DNA of 64,000 nt, from the NCBI RefSeq assembly GCF_032062105.1, contig NW_026928801.1, positions 1-64,000 on the forward strand, written 5' to 3'. The stretch is from Saccostrea cucullata. Taxonomy: Eukaryota. Below, piece by piece: positions 26,563 to 40,075 of the stretch. The position numbers were made by a program, and so were the translations under genes. Under the pieces are notes generated by a model, which searched no databases, was not told the origin of the DNA, and saw only the letters and a list, made by a program, of their open reading frames with translations. The stretch's first letter is position 1. Each line of letters begins with the position of its first letter.

Positions 26563-28740
26563 GTAAGTGTTACTTTCGTTTTTAATGCAAAAAGATAATT
26601 GCTTTGCGATGTTAAGGTAGAACCTATGTCGGAAAAGTCTTTTTCCCAAGATTTTCAAACTTTTCAAAATGATAAATTGGTACTTGCTTATCAATCAGTT
26701 AAAATATCATGATATATTTTCTTGTTTTTAAATCTAGTACAGCCCTTGAAACTTGGTATGGTATTTACATACTGAGACTACACATTTTAGGGGTATTTGT
26801 GAAGAAGAGAAAATAAAAAGTCACAAAAATACCTCTTCAACATCGTCGGTTATAGACTTTATTACCTGAACAATATTAAACACTAATTCTTAAGAATAAT
26901 ATCTTTTTTCTTCAATTGACAAAAAGATAAGTCCACATTTAAAAAAAAATAGGCAAATGAATTCTATTATTTTTTTAGTCAATTTTCCACCCTATACATT
27001 TGTTAATATTTTGTAGAAGTCTTTGTCACAATGTTTTCAATCTTTAATATGATGACGAACATACCCAAATGATTACAAAAAGTGATTAAAATATATACCT
27101 TTCCCCTCTAACCAATGAGAGAGAGGGTATTTACGGATGCTAATATTCTTGACCTTTTTGCACTTACACGGGATATAATTATAAAATGTCTGCTTGGGGT
27201 TACTTTCAGATTTAAAATGTTTACCAAAATTTGTTCTTTTTATTCAAAAATATCATATTTGATAAAAAAAAATTGTAATTAAACACACAAGAATATGAAT
27301 AAGTAACAAATTATTATGAAAAGGAATACACATCAATTCATGATAGATATATGATACAATGTATCACAAAAATGTACATAGAACGCACGATCTACAACAT
27401 GTAAACTTAAAATCGGATATTTGGTATATTTTGTATCATATCAAAATAATTTCAAAATTTCTACTGCTTTTAAATTTTGACTTTAAATTTTGACTTAAGT
27501 CTGTCCTCAGTTTATGGTTTTGGGGTCTGGTCTGTTGTGTATAAATTGCAGTGCTTCAGTTGATATTTCAGCATTTAACGTCAAGATTGTTTTAAAGTGT
27601 AAGGTAAAATGGTAATTTTGTTCAAATCAGAAACTTTTTCGTAGCTGGTTATACTCGCTACATCTTCCTATCTAGCACCAGGTTAGTCAAGAGATTTTTG
27701 GTCAAATTTTCCATAACTCTCATGCATGCATCTTATTATTTACTCATCTGTAGTTTTAATTCACGGATATACTGTTTATGAACATTATTAACAGTATACA
27801 CATTGAACATTGTCAAAGAATTTTAATTTTAGATTAAAGAAAAAAAGGAATTCGACGCACAAAAAAGGAAAATGAATATAAAGCAGAAAATTTCTGATTT
27901 CCTAATGATATTTCAAATTTAGTTAATTTAACAGATTTAAATCAGACATTTAAAATAACTCCAAGCTTTATATTTGGTGTGGCAGCATATCGTTGAATTA
28001 TTAAATGAGGGAATTATAACTCAGGTCTTCAAAATTTGCATACCTCATTGCAATTAATTAAGATAATAAGAGTATATCTAGTGTATAGAATAAGAATATA
28101 AGTATAAGAGAATAACAAGAGAACTATAATAATAATCTCTTAAGATAAATAAGAAATTAATTATATAAACTGTGAAATCAAAACAATTAGATCTACTATA
28201 ACCAGTAGACCCGAGTCTAACGGTACCTAACATAGGGGAAATGTGTTATAATACATTTATAGTTAATGTAACAACAGCTATTGGCTATGTATTATCAAAG
28301 TTTAAATGTACTTTATTCGAGTAATCTAATAGAAGTTCTACTAATCGACAATCGCATTCTTGGATGGTGAACCAGTTAACCAGATACTCGTTGACAACAC
28401 TAGAAAATATGTTACATTATTCTAACAAAGTCTTTTATTAGTAAATCAAAAAGCGGGTGGGGGGCAATTGAGGAAGGGAATTAGTTTTCTTCGTAATGAG
28501 AAAACAATTAAAATTAATATACTTGCGATAAGAATTGAATATAATTCTAATAAAAAACAAACAAACATGTCTTTATATAACCAACGGTTTTAGTAAGTAT
28601 ATAGTTGAAATCTTTCGCAAATTGTTATTCTGTCATCTTTGTTCGAAAAAGCAGACAAAAACGCCAAATAGTTTTAAACTTTTTGCATAAATATTTTTTT
28701 TTGTTTCTTTTTAGCTGGATCTTGATTAAAGGATATCAAA

Positions 28741-31337
28741 ATGGAGAGAAGCAATTTTATCTGGAAATGGATTTTTCTTTTCTTGATGCATTTTACACAA
28801 TCCTATGCCGAAAAGCCTTCTGTCACAGAAATGTATTCAAGACGAGAGGAATTGAATCTTTTGAAAAGCGTTCTTAAACGTTTTAGTGCTTTAGAGGAGC
28901 TTGAGAAAGAAAACATCAATAAAATGGAGAGCATCGAACGGAAACTTAATATAATTAGCGAAAAAATATCAGATTGTGAGGGTTATTTCATTAAAGTTTT
29001 TTTCTCTTGAATTTCCGTTTACATTTGTCATGCAAATAATCATGCGACAATTTTCTTTTTAAAAAAACTTTAGATTTTTTGTTTTCAAGAAAAAAATCCT
29101 TTGTTCAATAGACATCTAAAATTAGATGGAAAATAATCCTTGATTTTATATTCTTATCTAACCTCTTATGTTCCAGATTTCAACCTTTGCTCTGCTTCAT
29201 TATGTTTTGTTAAATGGACTTTTGAGCTTGATAACATTCATAATCTCCAAATATTTCATTCAAATTTTTGTATGCGTAAACAGTATGATGTCAATTTTTT
29301 TTAATATGAAAATGATTTTATTCTTATCAAGAAAAGATAAATCTGCTACAAAAGTATTTGCTATTTTAACTGTAGATCAACAAACACATGTCAATTTCTT
29401 TGCTTTTCCTCAGTTGGCAATGAATACAAAAAGTTGTTCCGGTTATATGTTAAATACATTAAATAATAAATAATAAATTGTTTGTTTGATTTAGTTTAAA
29501 AATCCACTCGGGTGCAAAATACTGTAATGTACTTATTTTTTATATCTGTCTTTCAATGAATAAAAGGATAGATTTTAGTCAGATGAATTCCTAATTAAAT
29601 CTGTAGTAAGAAGCTATGTTCTACAGATATTTTACAACGCGCAACTTGAAAAAATTAAGAAAGTCAAAAGTATTATGTGAAAGTTGCTCGGAAGATTTTT
29701 GCTATCGTTTTGTTCTTAGTTCTCCATAGTGTAGGTATATTATACACACGGAATACGACATTTATAAATGTTGCACTTTTATTTTGCATAAATAAGCTTA
29801 ATGTATACTGGAATATCACATTTTAGGTGTGGGTGGTATTTCTGTACACCCCTCCATCCCGACGTCACAAACCACAAGAAAATCTCCTAATACAACAGTA
29901 AAAATAAAATCAGCACATACAACTAGAACACAATCTGCTACTACAGAGACTACCTCTACGAAACCAACATCGTCTATTACTCAGCTACCAAGGTCAATAG
30001 GTAACTTTTTTCTGAATACTTTTTAAATTTTATCGCAGAACAGATTGATGTCCGTACTTTTTATTTCAATTTCAATATTTAAACCCATTGTAGGTAGTAG
30101 AGGCAGAGAATTTTTAATTCTTTTCATGAAAAATCACCCAGCTGCAAAAGGATCCCCTACAATCTACATTACAACAGGCGGTAATGCGTCTGTGAATATA
30201 TCAACCTCAAATGATCTTAATGCGTCCACTAAATTAGCAACTGACATTATACTGAATGTTTCCTATTATTCCAATATCACACTACCCTATGATCTAAGCT
30301 GTGATTATTTATCGATTGAATCCAAGGCCGTGCTTCTACAAACATCTGAACTATCCACCGTATCAATATTTGATAGTTTTCATAAATCTTCAAACGATGG
30401 AACGCTGATTATTTCAACAAACAGATTGTCAACAAGATATCTTGTGTCGTCAACGAATCCATACAAAAAAAGCGAAGGCTACTACAGTCAGTTTGCTGTT
30501 GCAGCCTTATATAAAGACACCAACGTTAATATTACATTTAAAATGAAAACCAGTACTTCAATATCTCTTCTTGGTGGAACATACGAAGACCAGGATGTAC
30601 TAACAACTACTTTAAATAAATATGAAACTTTACAAATTATGCATACTTCTGATCTTACTGGGACTTTTATTGAATCCACAAAACGAATAGCTGTGTTCTC
30701 AGGGAACCGATGTCAGCAGATGAAAGTCCTAGCATGTAGTCACATGGTTTCTCAGTTACCCCCGACTACCGAATTAGATAATCGATATATTATCCCCGCA
30801 TTCTACGGAAATTTAGGGACATTAATTCAAGTGATAAGTGAAAGTCAGAATTCTATTAAAATCAGCGAAGGTAGGAATTCATCAACCTTGCATATGAATG
30901 AAAAAGAATTCATGAACATTGAGGTGACATCAGGTGAAACTACTACTGTAGAGTCAGATAACCCTGTGCTAGTAACTGGTTTTGCAATGGGTTCCAGCAA
31001 TAAAGATCCTTATATGACAGTCATTCCCGGTGTCAATCAATATGTTGACTACTATAATGTAGTTGTACCAGACGGATATGCAAAGAACTATATCTGTGTG
31101 ATAATTCAACAAAAGTATACAGATGACCTTAAAATAAATGATACCTCAACTGATCATTATAAATCCGTGCAACAGAGCTCTGCTGCATTCGAGACCACTT
31201 ACAGCATTCGTATTTTTGAAGTAGACAGCGGACCCATTGTTATATCGACAACTAATAACTCAACATTTGGATTAATAGTCTACGGTCATCGGATGGATGA
31301 TGGATATGCATTCACCGGCAATTATGTTCTTTCATAA
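28741..31337 (+). CDS. Secreted IgGFc-binding (FCGBP N-terminal) domain protein, ~550 aa; exons 28741-28975 (or -28981), 29827-30000, 30094-31337
   Basis: All introns are GT-AG, phase 1, and join in frame. Exon A is a signal peptide (MERSNFIWKWIFLFLMHFTQSYA) plus a heptad-rich coiled coil. Exon B is a Thr/Ser-rich linker. Exon C carries IgGFc-binding motifs GREFLILFM, DLTGTFIES, IAVFSGNRC, HMVSQLPP, DPYMTVIP, FGLIVYG..DGYAF. AATAAA at 31444. Confidence 0.88.
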
Positions 31338-32393
31338 GGTTTTAAAGTGTGTAATTTACTCTATCCCTGACATATTAATTCAGCCCAATATAAATGTATC
31401 AAATCTAAAATGAATATTTCTTTTTATTTTACACAATTTGCAAAATAAAAATGGATAAAAATTCCTTCTGTTAAATACCAACAAACTTAATCAAAAGGAC
31501 TCCATATGTGACTAAAAAACATACTACATTTTGTTTTACATGTAAATAATAAAAGTATGGCTTCGGAACCGTAACCATCGTTAGAACTCATACAATGAAT
31601 ACAAAATTGAAATGCAATGAAAACAGTTTCAATCTTATTTGCCTAATTATTTTTATACATTTAGGTTGAAGTACAAATGTATTATTGTCCAAGCAAATGT
31701 TTTTAAAAAAGTGGAGGCCAGAATTACCGCATTGCAAAAAAATTCAACTCATTACCGCTTCATTTCTTTGAAATGTTGGGTGATTATTATATATCGCTAC
31801 ATTTTATAAATAAGACTATAGCCTATTACTAGTCATTACCGCTACATATTGAATCAGCCAGCAGTGTCACTGAATAAAAGTCCTATTCATTTTTTACAAT
31901 TTAAGGGGTTTTACAAGAGAGGAGTACATCAAGCATATGGTCTTCAAAATTCACTAATTATGTTATATATGTGTGTTTCATCCATTAAAATGATTGATCA
32001 GTCTTAAAACTTTCTAAAATGTTTAATTCCAAAAGATACATTTCATATTTAAAAAAATAAGACAAATCCTGCTTGAAGCCTTACTTTTATTTCCTCGTGG
32101 TGAGGAAGGGAAACAGGTGTTATGCATTTATTATTTTGTACGTTGAATACACCTGTACATACTTCGTATGGACCAACTGTTGTGTAACCTTTTTTGTAGA
32201 GATAATAAGTATTTAGCGGTAATGACAAAAAACTTAATTATAGTATATCCTTATTAAAGTAGCCTAAGCGCCTGTTTGCTTGCTATTCAGTTGTGACCAT
32301 TTCAATGTATTACCTTCTGTAAATGCATTTACTGTGTCCCTCTCAGTGTTAGATGAAAAACACGCTTTTGTACAAATATGATATTTTAAAGTA

Positions 32394-33136
32394 CTGTAAA
32401 ACGAGAAAATTTTGCACATACGTATTTAAGTGCAAACGTAAGTTGGAATGCATTGGTGCAAATACATTTAAGCGCTTGAACTTGTCATTAAAATGTATAA
32501 GTGTGATATTTTCTTTATCTATATCCATATTTGACTTTTCGGTTTTTCAAGCACGGAAACACAATAGCACCCCCGTATATAAGTAAACATTCGTCAACTT
32601 TACCGTGGTGTTGCAACCATATTGACGTGGAACAATATAAAAATTTATATCAATTTTATTTCAAATAAAAATAATGATGTATTTACGCATTTTATTTAAA
32701 GCAATGCATGCATCAAACGAAAAATTCACGGTTAAACGGTCATTATAATCAGGTAATATCTTCAAATTCAACCACCATGCTTGATTGCATTGTTTACCTC
32801 GAGGCGATAGATCATTTACACGGCAAGAAGCCAAACTTGGAAGGTGCTAATGATAAGTAACGGGTAATAACTACCGTATTTAAAAAAAAATACCGTGGTA
32901 ACAGTAATTTAATTAAATTGTAATTTGGCAGAACTTTCTCGATAGATCCTACCATGTACAGTGCTAATGTGTATATAAAATCCAACGACCTTTCGGCATA
33001 AGGTAATCGCGTGTTCCTATTTAGATTTACTTATAAGAAAGCTAGAAATCCCTTAGCGCACAATAAATTTTAGTGTCCAAGGGCTCTTGCACCAAAGGCG
33101 CTAAAATTAGTAGTGCGCCATATATACGTCTTACAG
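32394..33136. mobile_element. MITE with TA TSD
   Basis: TA|CTGTAAAACG.. and ..CGTCTTACAG|TA ends; imperfect internal symmetry. Confidence 0.55.
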
Positions 33137-33404
33137 TATCTGGCTTAGTGTCATTCTATTGCATTTTGAACAATTTCCATTAGGTCAAATCTGAAAGATA
33201 CGTTTTTCGTACTCATTGTTAGACCATAACTTAAACACTGAATTGTCTACAGTTTTCTCCGTTATTTTGCAATCATGAAAAGAAGCACATGGCGGATGTG
33301 ACCGGTCGTCTGGACATGCTCACTTTTCCATGGCACCTTATCCCACCTTTGATGTTTTTTAGGTCTGTGTTTACTTTGAGCTTGTGTATTGTTCAATGGA
33401 TATT

Positions 33405-33923
33405 TAGCTACAGAACTGTAGCTCTCTGCTTGAGAAAATTCGGACAGATAAAGCAGAGCTTCAGATCTAAGCGTTGTAAAAACTTTCGATTTACGCCGAC
33501 GATTTTTTGTCGCTTTTTTAGGTATTCTTTCATGTACTTTAAGCTTTTTGGCTTTTAGAATGCTTTGCTATATTAATTAATATATTTAACTCTTATATAT
33601 GATGCTTTATTTACCTTTTAACGGTCAGAAACAGTACGTACTGTATGTAGTTTTGTAATGTCGATTTACAAGCGTTCCCATTCGACGTCCTTAATCACAA
33701 ACAAACATTTATTACCGTTTTAAAGAGGTAAGTAAATTATTAGGAATAGAAGTTGATTGTATGATTAATTATTGTATATCATTGAAAAGGAGAGTATGAA
33801 ATACAAGACAAAATACCCGTAGTAAGCGACAAAAAATTGTCTGTATAAATGGTTTTTACAACGGTGTAGCTCTGCTTTATCTGTCCGAATTTTCTCAAAT
33901 AGAGAGCTACTGTTCTGCAGCTA
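33405..33923. mobile_element. MITE with 56-bp TIRs and 8-bp TSD (hAT-like)
   Basis: TIR TAGCT(A/G)CAGAAC(T/A)GTAGCTCTCT..TTGAGAAAATTCGGACAGATAAAGCAGAGCT at both ends. Flanks TGGATATT and TGGATTTT. It interrupts a Penelope-like 3' end fragment starting near 33285. Confidence 0.85.
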
Positions 33924-34954
33924 TGGATTTTTTAGCTTGAATGATGCTCGATATATTTCATTCAGTATAACGAAATGAAAACTTTTTTTTTTAATATTTT
34001 CATGACTATTAATTTTCAGGAGTTCAACTACATATCTAAATACCTATAATCAGAAAACTCGCATTTTCAGGAGTTCAACTACATATCTATACCTGTAATC
34101 AGAAAACTCATATTGTATCACTGATTAAGTCAATTCAAAATTTCTTGTATGTTTTCTTTGGCATAGTTTCAGATGAAAATTTTCAAATTTATTTTTTTCC
34201 TTTTTTAATGTTTGCAAATTGAAACAATTCTTCATTATATTGTACATGTAAATATATCCCTTAGTTGACCCTTTCGGTAATTTATAAAAAAAAAATCCTG
34301 TTGGGAGCCCCTTGGTACATTTGGTTCTCATGGTAACATAGCGGCCCAGTGAAGAGCCCCCCCCCCCCCCCCATTCTTATTTAAATAGTAAGGTTAAAGC
34401 GTGCTCTAGGTACATGTAGTACATGGGAAAACATCAGCCTATAGACGTGTTCGTATAGTGCTAACAGGGGGCCTGTCCATAGAAAATCACCAAGGTCTTG
34501 TGCATTGTTTTTTCATGCCTGTAAAGCCTCTTTACAGAATGTAAATAGATTTCGATAGCATGTGAGATGTAGGGTACTGAAATTACTTTATAAGAGAATA
34601 GTCATTGCCATGTTGTGGTGTTTGATAGAGAGTGAGTGAACTATTGCAGCCTGTACGACACATCTCTAAAACCAGTTTTGGGAGTTATATCATCTGACGG
34701 TGACCCACGTTTGATTTAAAGTCAATATATGAATAAAACATTTTGAAAGTTTGATAACTATTCATATTGTGAATTTTGAAATAATTATGAGTATTCAATT
34801 TTCATTGAAAGACATCTCAAAGTATCTTGGCGTCTGACCTTTGACTCTGGAGCCTGAAAGGAAATACCAAGTGTGCCACGCAGTCCTTTTAAGATAAACA
34901 TTGTTCCTTGCAGTCTTATTAAAAGAAACTGGACAAAGCCATCACAGGATGAAA

Positions 34955-35390
34955 AGCCAGGTTTCCCAAATTTGGAAACCCGATGGAAACATATGGGAAT
35001 CGTGACATCAGTAGTAGTTTCCATTTTATGGAAACCACATAGTGGTTTCCACATAGATTCCCGACATGGAAACAATCAACCTGTGGTTTCCCGTAAGTTT
35101 CCCAAGATAGGAAACCATGGAAACTTACCCTGGTGGTTTCCACATAGATTCCCGACATGGAAACAATCAACCTGTGCTTTCCCGTAAGTTTTCCAAGATA
35201 GGAAACCATGGAAACATGCCCCGGTGGTTTCCATGTAGATTCCCGATATGGAAACAACCAACCTGTGGTTTCCCGTAAGTTTCGCAAGATAGGAAACCAC
35301 GCAAACATGCCTCAGTGGTTTCCATACAGATTCCCGACATGGAAGCCACCAATGTGTAGTTTTCCGACGTTTCCCAGGCAGGGAAACTTT
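34955..35390. repeat. 91-bp tandem repeat (~4 units) rich in GGAAAC/GTTTCC
   Basis: TGGTTTCCA..AGATTCCCGA recurs at 35043, 35134, 35225 and 35316. This explains the overlapping spurious ORFs here. Confidence 0.9.
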
Positions 35391-37690
35391 GAAAGAATAT
35401 CTCAATACTAACCCTCTTACCTTTTATTTTACAAAAAGTTAAATATTTAATTATGTTACCATATTGTTACCAATTATAGAAATATTTCAAAAGTGTTTAC
35501 ATGCTGTATCAAAATAATTAACTTCAAACAGTTAAAATAACTAGATGTGTATTTCTGTGTGATTAATTTCATATTTCAGCAGCGTGAACGCAATTCAATT
35601 TTAATTTTATTTTATTTAACTGAATTTTATTAAATCTAATTTAATTTTGAATTTGATTTATCACTTAAGTTTTGGTAAACTCGTATAGAATGCGTGAAGT
35701 GGAATAGGAAAAAGTAAGTGCATGCAGTTATGTAGAAATCAATCATTTCCGATCCCACTTTCTTGAAACTGTCTATGATAAATGTTCCTTTGAAAAAATG
35801 GAAGAGCTGAGGAAGGGTACATTTAATGAAATTATTTACAGAAAAGATTTACTAAAAAGATCGATTAAAAAGTAAATAAAGAAATATGTCAAGTTACGAT
35901 TACTGATTACGGACAGGTGAGACGTTCCTCAATAAAATAATTAATTTTTTATCCAATATTTTGCAATTGACATTGAAGAATCATTCATCGAATTGGCTGG
36001 GGGCTGAGTATTATCATACTAGTATTTTACCACATAATCAGATTCACAAGACATCAAGGTACCTTACCAGGCATTTGTGTTAGATACCAGAGGTAATCCG
36101 TCAGGGAAAAAAATGCTTCAGTTGGTTTGTCAAAATGACATTTTTAGTGTTTTAAGTTTTTAAATACAAGTTTAGAAAGTGATAAAGATTTTGTTTTAAT
36201 ATTATGAATTAATATATTAATATAAACTGGTCAGATAAGAATCATTCATCGAATTGGCTGGGGGCTGAGTATTATCATACTAGTATTTTACTATTAATAG
36301 TGAATATTGTTTTTTTTTTTATCTAATAAATTATTATTTTTATTATTGGGGGTGGGTGGGTTGCTTTTCATTTTTTTTCCTTGAGAAGCCCCCCCCCCCC
36401 CCCAAAAAAAAAAACGCTTTTGAAAAAGTCACTATGGTCGGCCTGCGTAATTAGGGACACCTGTCCTCACGTGCCATTTCAGGTGGAGACACGTGCCGCG
36501 AAGACACCTGTCACTGTGTATTTTTGTATATTCTATGTGAATTGAGACGGTTTTGTACCTAAAGGGAACAATGGGTTGTTGTCGAGCATATACACACACA
36601 GTCTCCGACCGAAAATTCTTTTAAATTAATATGATGATTCGTGTTTCTTTTATCATTTAAAAGAATATATATTCCATAAATAAAGTTATACAAGAGAACA
36701 TATTTATAAAATAACCTACATTTAAGAAGTTCAATGAAAGAACAAACTATTTAGAATTTTTATTTCAATTTTCATTACTGATTTAAAATAAAACTATCCT
36801 CTTTAGAAATTAAATAATTTTCTATAGGTATTGAATAGATCTTAATTCTCGTCATGTATAATTATATTAAATCAGAATGACGTTAATAGATCAATGTGAA
36901 ATCAAAACTGTATTTAATATTGTTGATGGGTTTTTGTGTGAAATTTGTAATCTAACGTACTACAAAGACATTTATTAGATAAATGTTTATAATATAATTC
37001 ATCACATAAAACGTTTTTTTTTCCTTTTTTTTTGTTTAAATATGTACGCATATCCCCGTGTAGTAAACGCCTGTACTTTTCGCATGAAATTACAATGTAG
37101 GGTCCTAAATGCACATGCATTATATTTAACAAACTTTATAATTTTAAGCCATTTTTTTTTCTCCAAAGGCCATTGCTCTAGATAAAAAAAAGTCTATAAT
37201 ATTTTGCATGATTTTGTTTTCCTTAAGAACAATGGCTTTTAAAGTAGTGCATGCTAAGGCAATCTATTAAAAGAATTAATTGTATAATTAATTCAATGTA
37301 TAATTGTCACGATTGTATTTTTGTGCAGTTTTTGTTGATTTCATTCTATAAAGGTATGAAGTTTGTCAATACTTCAACAAACATTTCTTTATCTATGTTG
37401 TACACTTCTTTGTTTTTATTCGCCGACATGCTAAGTACTCTTTTTTAAAAAAAAAAAAAAACTTGCGTGACTAATAGACTCGATCTTCAGGCCTGTAGGA
37501 AGTAATTTCCGTTAGATTAATAAACTAACCGGGATTTTATTTTTACTAGCATACCTTACCAGATTTCTTAACGAAAAAAAAAACATTAAAAGAAATACAG
37601 GGCGGGACCAGTTAAAGCTGTATGCATAAGTACAATGGACACCGTAAATACAGAAATATTGAGTTCTTATGCAAATATTTCTTGAGAATA

Positions 37691-37895
37691 CTGTATACAG
37701 GGTTATTTTCGCCCCCTGTTATTTCGCCCTTTTGAACTTGTGAACAATTTTGCCCGTTTTGAATTCGCCCAGTCATAGTCCTGTTTAAGAAATTATGAAA
37801 TGTAATTTGAATTCGCCCCGTTTTAAATTCGCCCAATCAAGGAGAAGGCTAAAGGGGTGAAAATAAAACGGGGGCGCAAATTTCCCTGTAAACAG
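37691..37895. mobile_element. MITE with TA TSD, just upstream of the paralog's linker exon
   Basis: TA|CTGTATACAGGG.. and ..CCCTGTAAACAG|TA; internal ATTCGCCC repeats. Confidence 0.8.
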
Positions 37896-37965
37896 TAAGA
37901 CCAAAAAAGGTGAGAACATGTAGTATGATATAAATAATATATTATAGTACAAACATGATTATTAG

Positions 37966-39392
37966 GTGATGTTACGCCCTCCTCACTGACAACAATAAAG
38001 ACAACGACATCCAGTCCAGCTCCAGTACAAATATTTACAGGTACAGCGTCAACGTATCTTTTCATAAAGCAAGGAAATAAAACATTGGTGTTTATATATA
38101 GACCATTGGATTCTTGAATTGTAAAAATGATGTTTTCGAGTTACTTTAATTTATAATCCCTTACAGGAAACATTGGTAGAGAATTCCTTATTCCATTTAT
38201 GCGAAATCGCGCTGGATCCACTGAAAACCTTTCCATCTATATAAAATCTGAAAATGAAGCAGATGTCACAATAACAAGTTCTCCAAACCTAAATAAGAAT
38301 CCTAAATCATCTGTTGACAAGACATTTAATATAACGTCATAGTTTCTTGTCACTCTTCCTTTGGAATTGCAATGTGAATACATGAAGATTGAACATAAAG
38401 GAATTATCCTACACACCTCAGAGGTGTCCAATGTCACTATTTTTGACAGCCTAAATAATGAAACGAACGACGGAACAATTATAATACCAACAAATAAGCT
38501 TTCAACCAAATACCTTGTTTCTTCAACCGAGCCATTTGATACATCGTTGGATGTAAGTCGGTTGGCTATGTTACCTCTGTATGATGGAACCAGGATTAAG
38601 ATTACTCTTAAAATGAAAAAGACCTCGACAATAAATCTTTTGGGAAATACTTATGGAGACGGAGACACCTTCTTGCTCAATCTTGATAGATTTTAGACTT
38701 TCCAAATTGGTCATACCACGGATCTTTCTGGCACGTTCATCTCCGCTACAAAACTAATAGCTGTCTTTTCTGGAAATCCATGTCACAAATGGAACGACCT
38801 GTCAAATGACTGCAGTCATATGGTGACACAGTTGCCGCCTATTAACGAGTTAGGTAATAAATACGTCATCCCTCCATTTTATCACAATAAAAACACACTA
38901 ATTCAGGTCATGAGTGAAAATCAAACTTTTGTAAACTGTAGCATTGGACTAGATAATGATTTAAGGTGGCATTTAAAGGCAATGGAATGTAAGGCGATTA
39001 CATTTAGTAAAAGGGTAATTTTAGATTCAGAGAAACCTATTCTAGTTACTGGATTTGGCATGGGTTTCAATTCTAATAACTCGTACATGACAGTCATTCC
39101 CGGTGTTAATCAATATGTTAATTACTACAAGATCACGGTACCTGACGGATACATAGAAAACTCCCATCCAATCTGAATACAAACTGCAAATTAACGGTAG
39201 AAGAGCTTTTGATCATTAACCAATGTATCATGATTACGCAGGTTTGGATAAATTCTACCAACTTCTTATTTTCGAACTAAAACGGGTACATACGTTATAG
39301 CAACCACTGATCGTTCAAGATTTGGACTTTTTGTCTTTGGACATCGAACTCGTGACGGGTACGGATTCGCTGGCAATTTTGTTCTTCCTTGA
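37966..39392 (+). pseudogene. IgGFc-binding domain paralog, pseudogene (exons 37966-38040, 38167-39392)
   Basis: Same exon layout as the intact gene: phase-1 Thr-rich exon DVTPSSLTTIKTTTSS, then GNIGREFLIPFM...FGLFVFGHRTRDGYGFAGNFVLP*. In-frame TAG at 38340 and 38694, a deletion/frameshift near 39165 and a further TAA near 39217. Confidence 0.88.
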
Positions 39393-39439
39393 GAGTCGAA
39401 AACAAATCATATTTTCAATTTGGTTTTTTAAAGTTATTT

Positions 39440-40075
39440 GTTCACTGTTCAGCTCGACATTGAGATGCATCAACGATGTATTATTATTGACAATGGTAAT
39501 TTTTCCATTCTCAAGTCGATGCGATATATCCTGATGAGCTTGAGATAAAACATACCAGAGTCTGTTTCATATTTGGATATTTTACTTAAACTTTATTATC
39601 ATAAACTTCCGTTACTTATGAAGCAATATACCTTCATCGCCTGCATGAAGGTACTTCGTATATCTCGTTTGATTTGATATGCAGGAGCATGCTCTAAGTA
39701 TAAACAATTTTAAAACGAGGTAAATTATTGAAAAACAAGTTAAAGAAACAAGAATATAAGCAGTCTTCTTTTAAAGTCATTCTTTAGTTAAGTTCTATGT
39801 TCAATACAATGACCTTTTCAGCAAATACAATTTATGGTTAAGTAAAAAACTGACTGACTTTTTCACACGTATTGTTACTCCATTTCTTATACACTGAAAT
39901 GACGACGAATGTCTCTGTTATTCCCCGATTATGACAAGGAACACAAGGCAGGTATGCCAGGTCGACAGAGGGTGCGCAGTCCTCTACGGCACATAATTAC
40001 ACCTCTCACGTTTTGAAGGTCCGAGTTTGCTCTGCACCGATTTCTATATTTATGGAATATTCGTTATCACCTTTC
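39440..40075 (+). mobile_element. Decayed Penelope-like (Poseidon-type) retroelement 3' fragment
   Basis: Degenerate RT motifs FSSTLRCINDVL (cf. FRYIDDVL), IYPDELEIKHT, SYLDI, SNIPSSPA, LI*YAGACS. The 3' segment resembles fragments at ~8345-8460, ~8955-9005 (rc) and ~33285-33400. Confidence 0.75.

Noticed and set aside
34785-35411. Six overlapping ORFs on both strands
   Set aside because: Artefact of the 91-bp tandem repeat.
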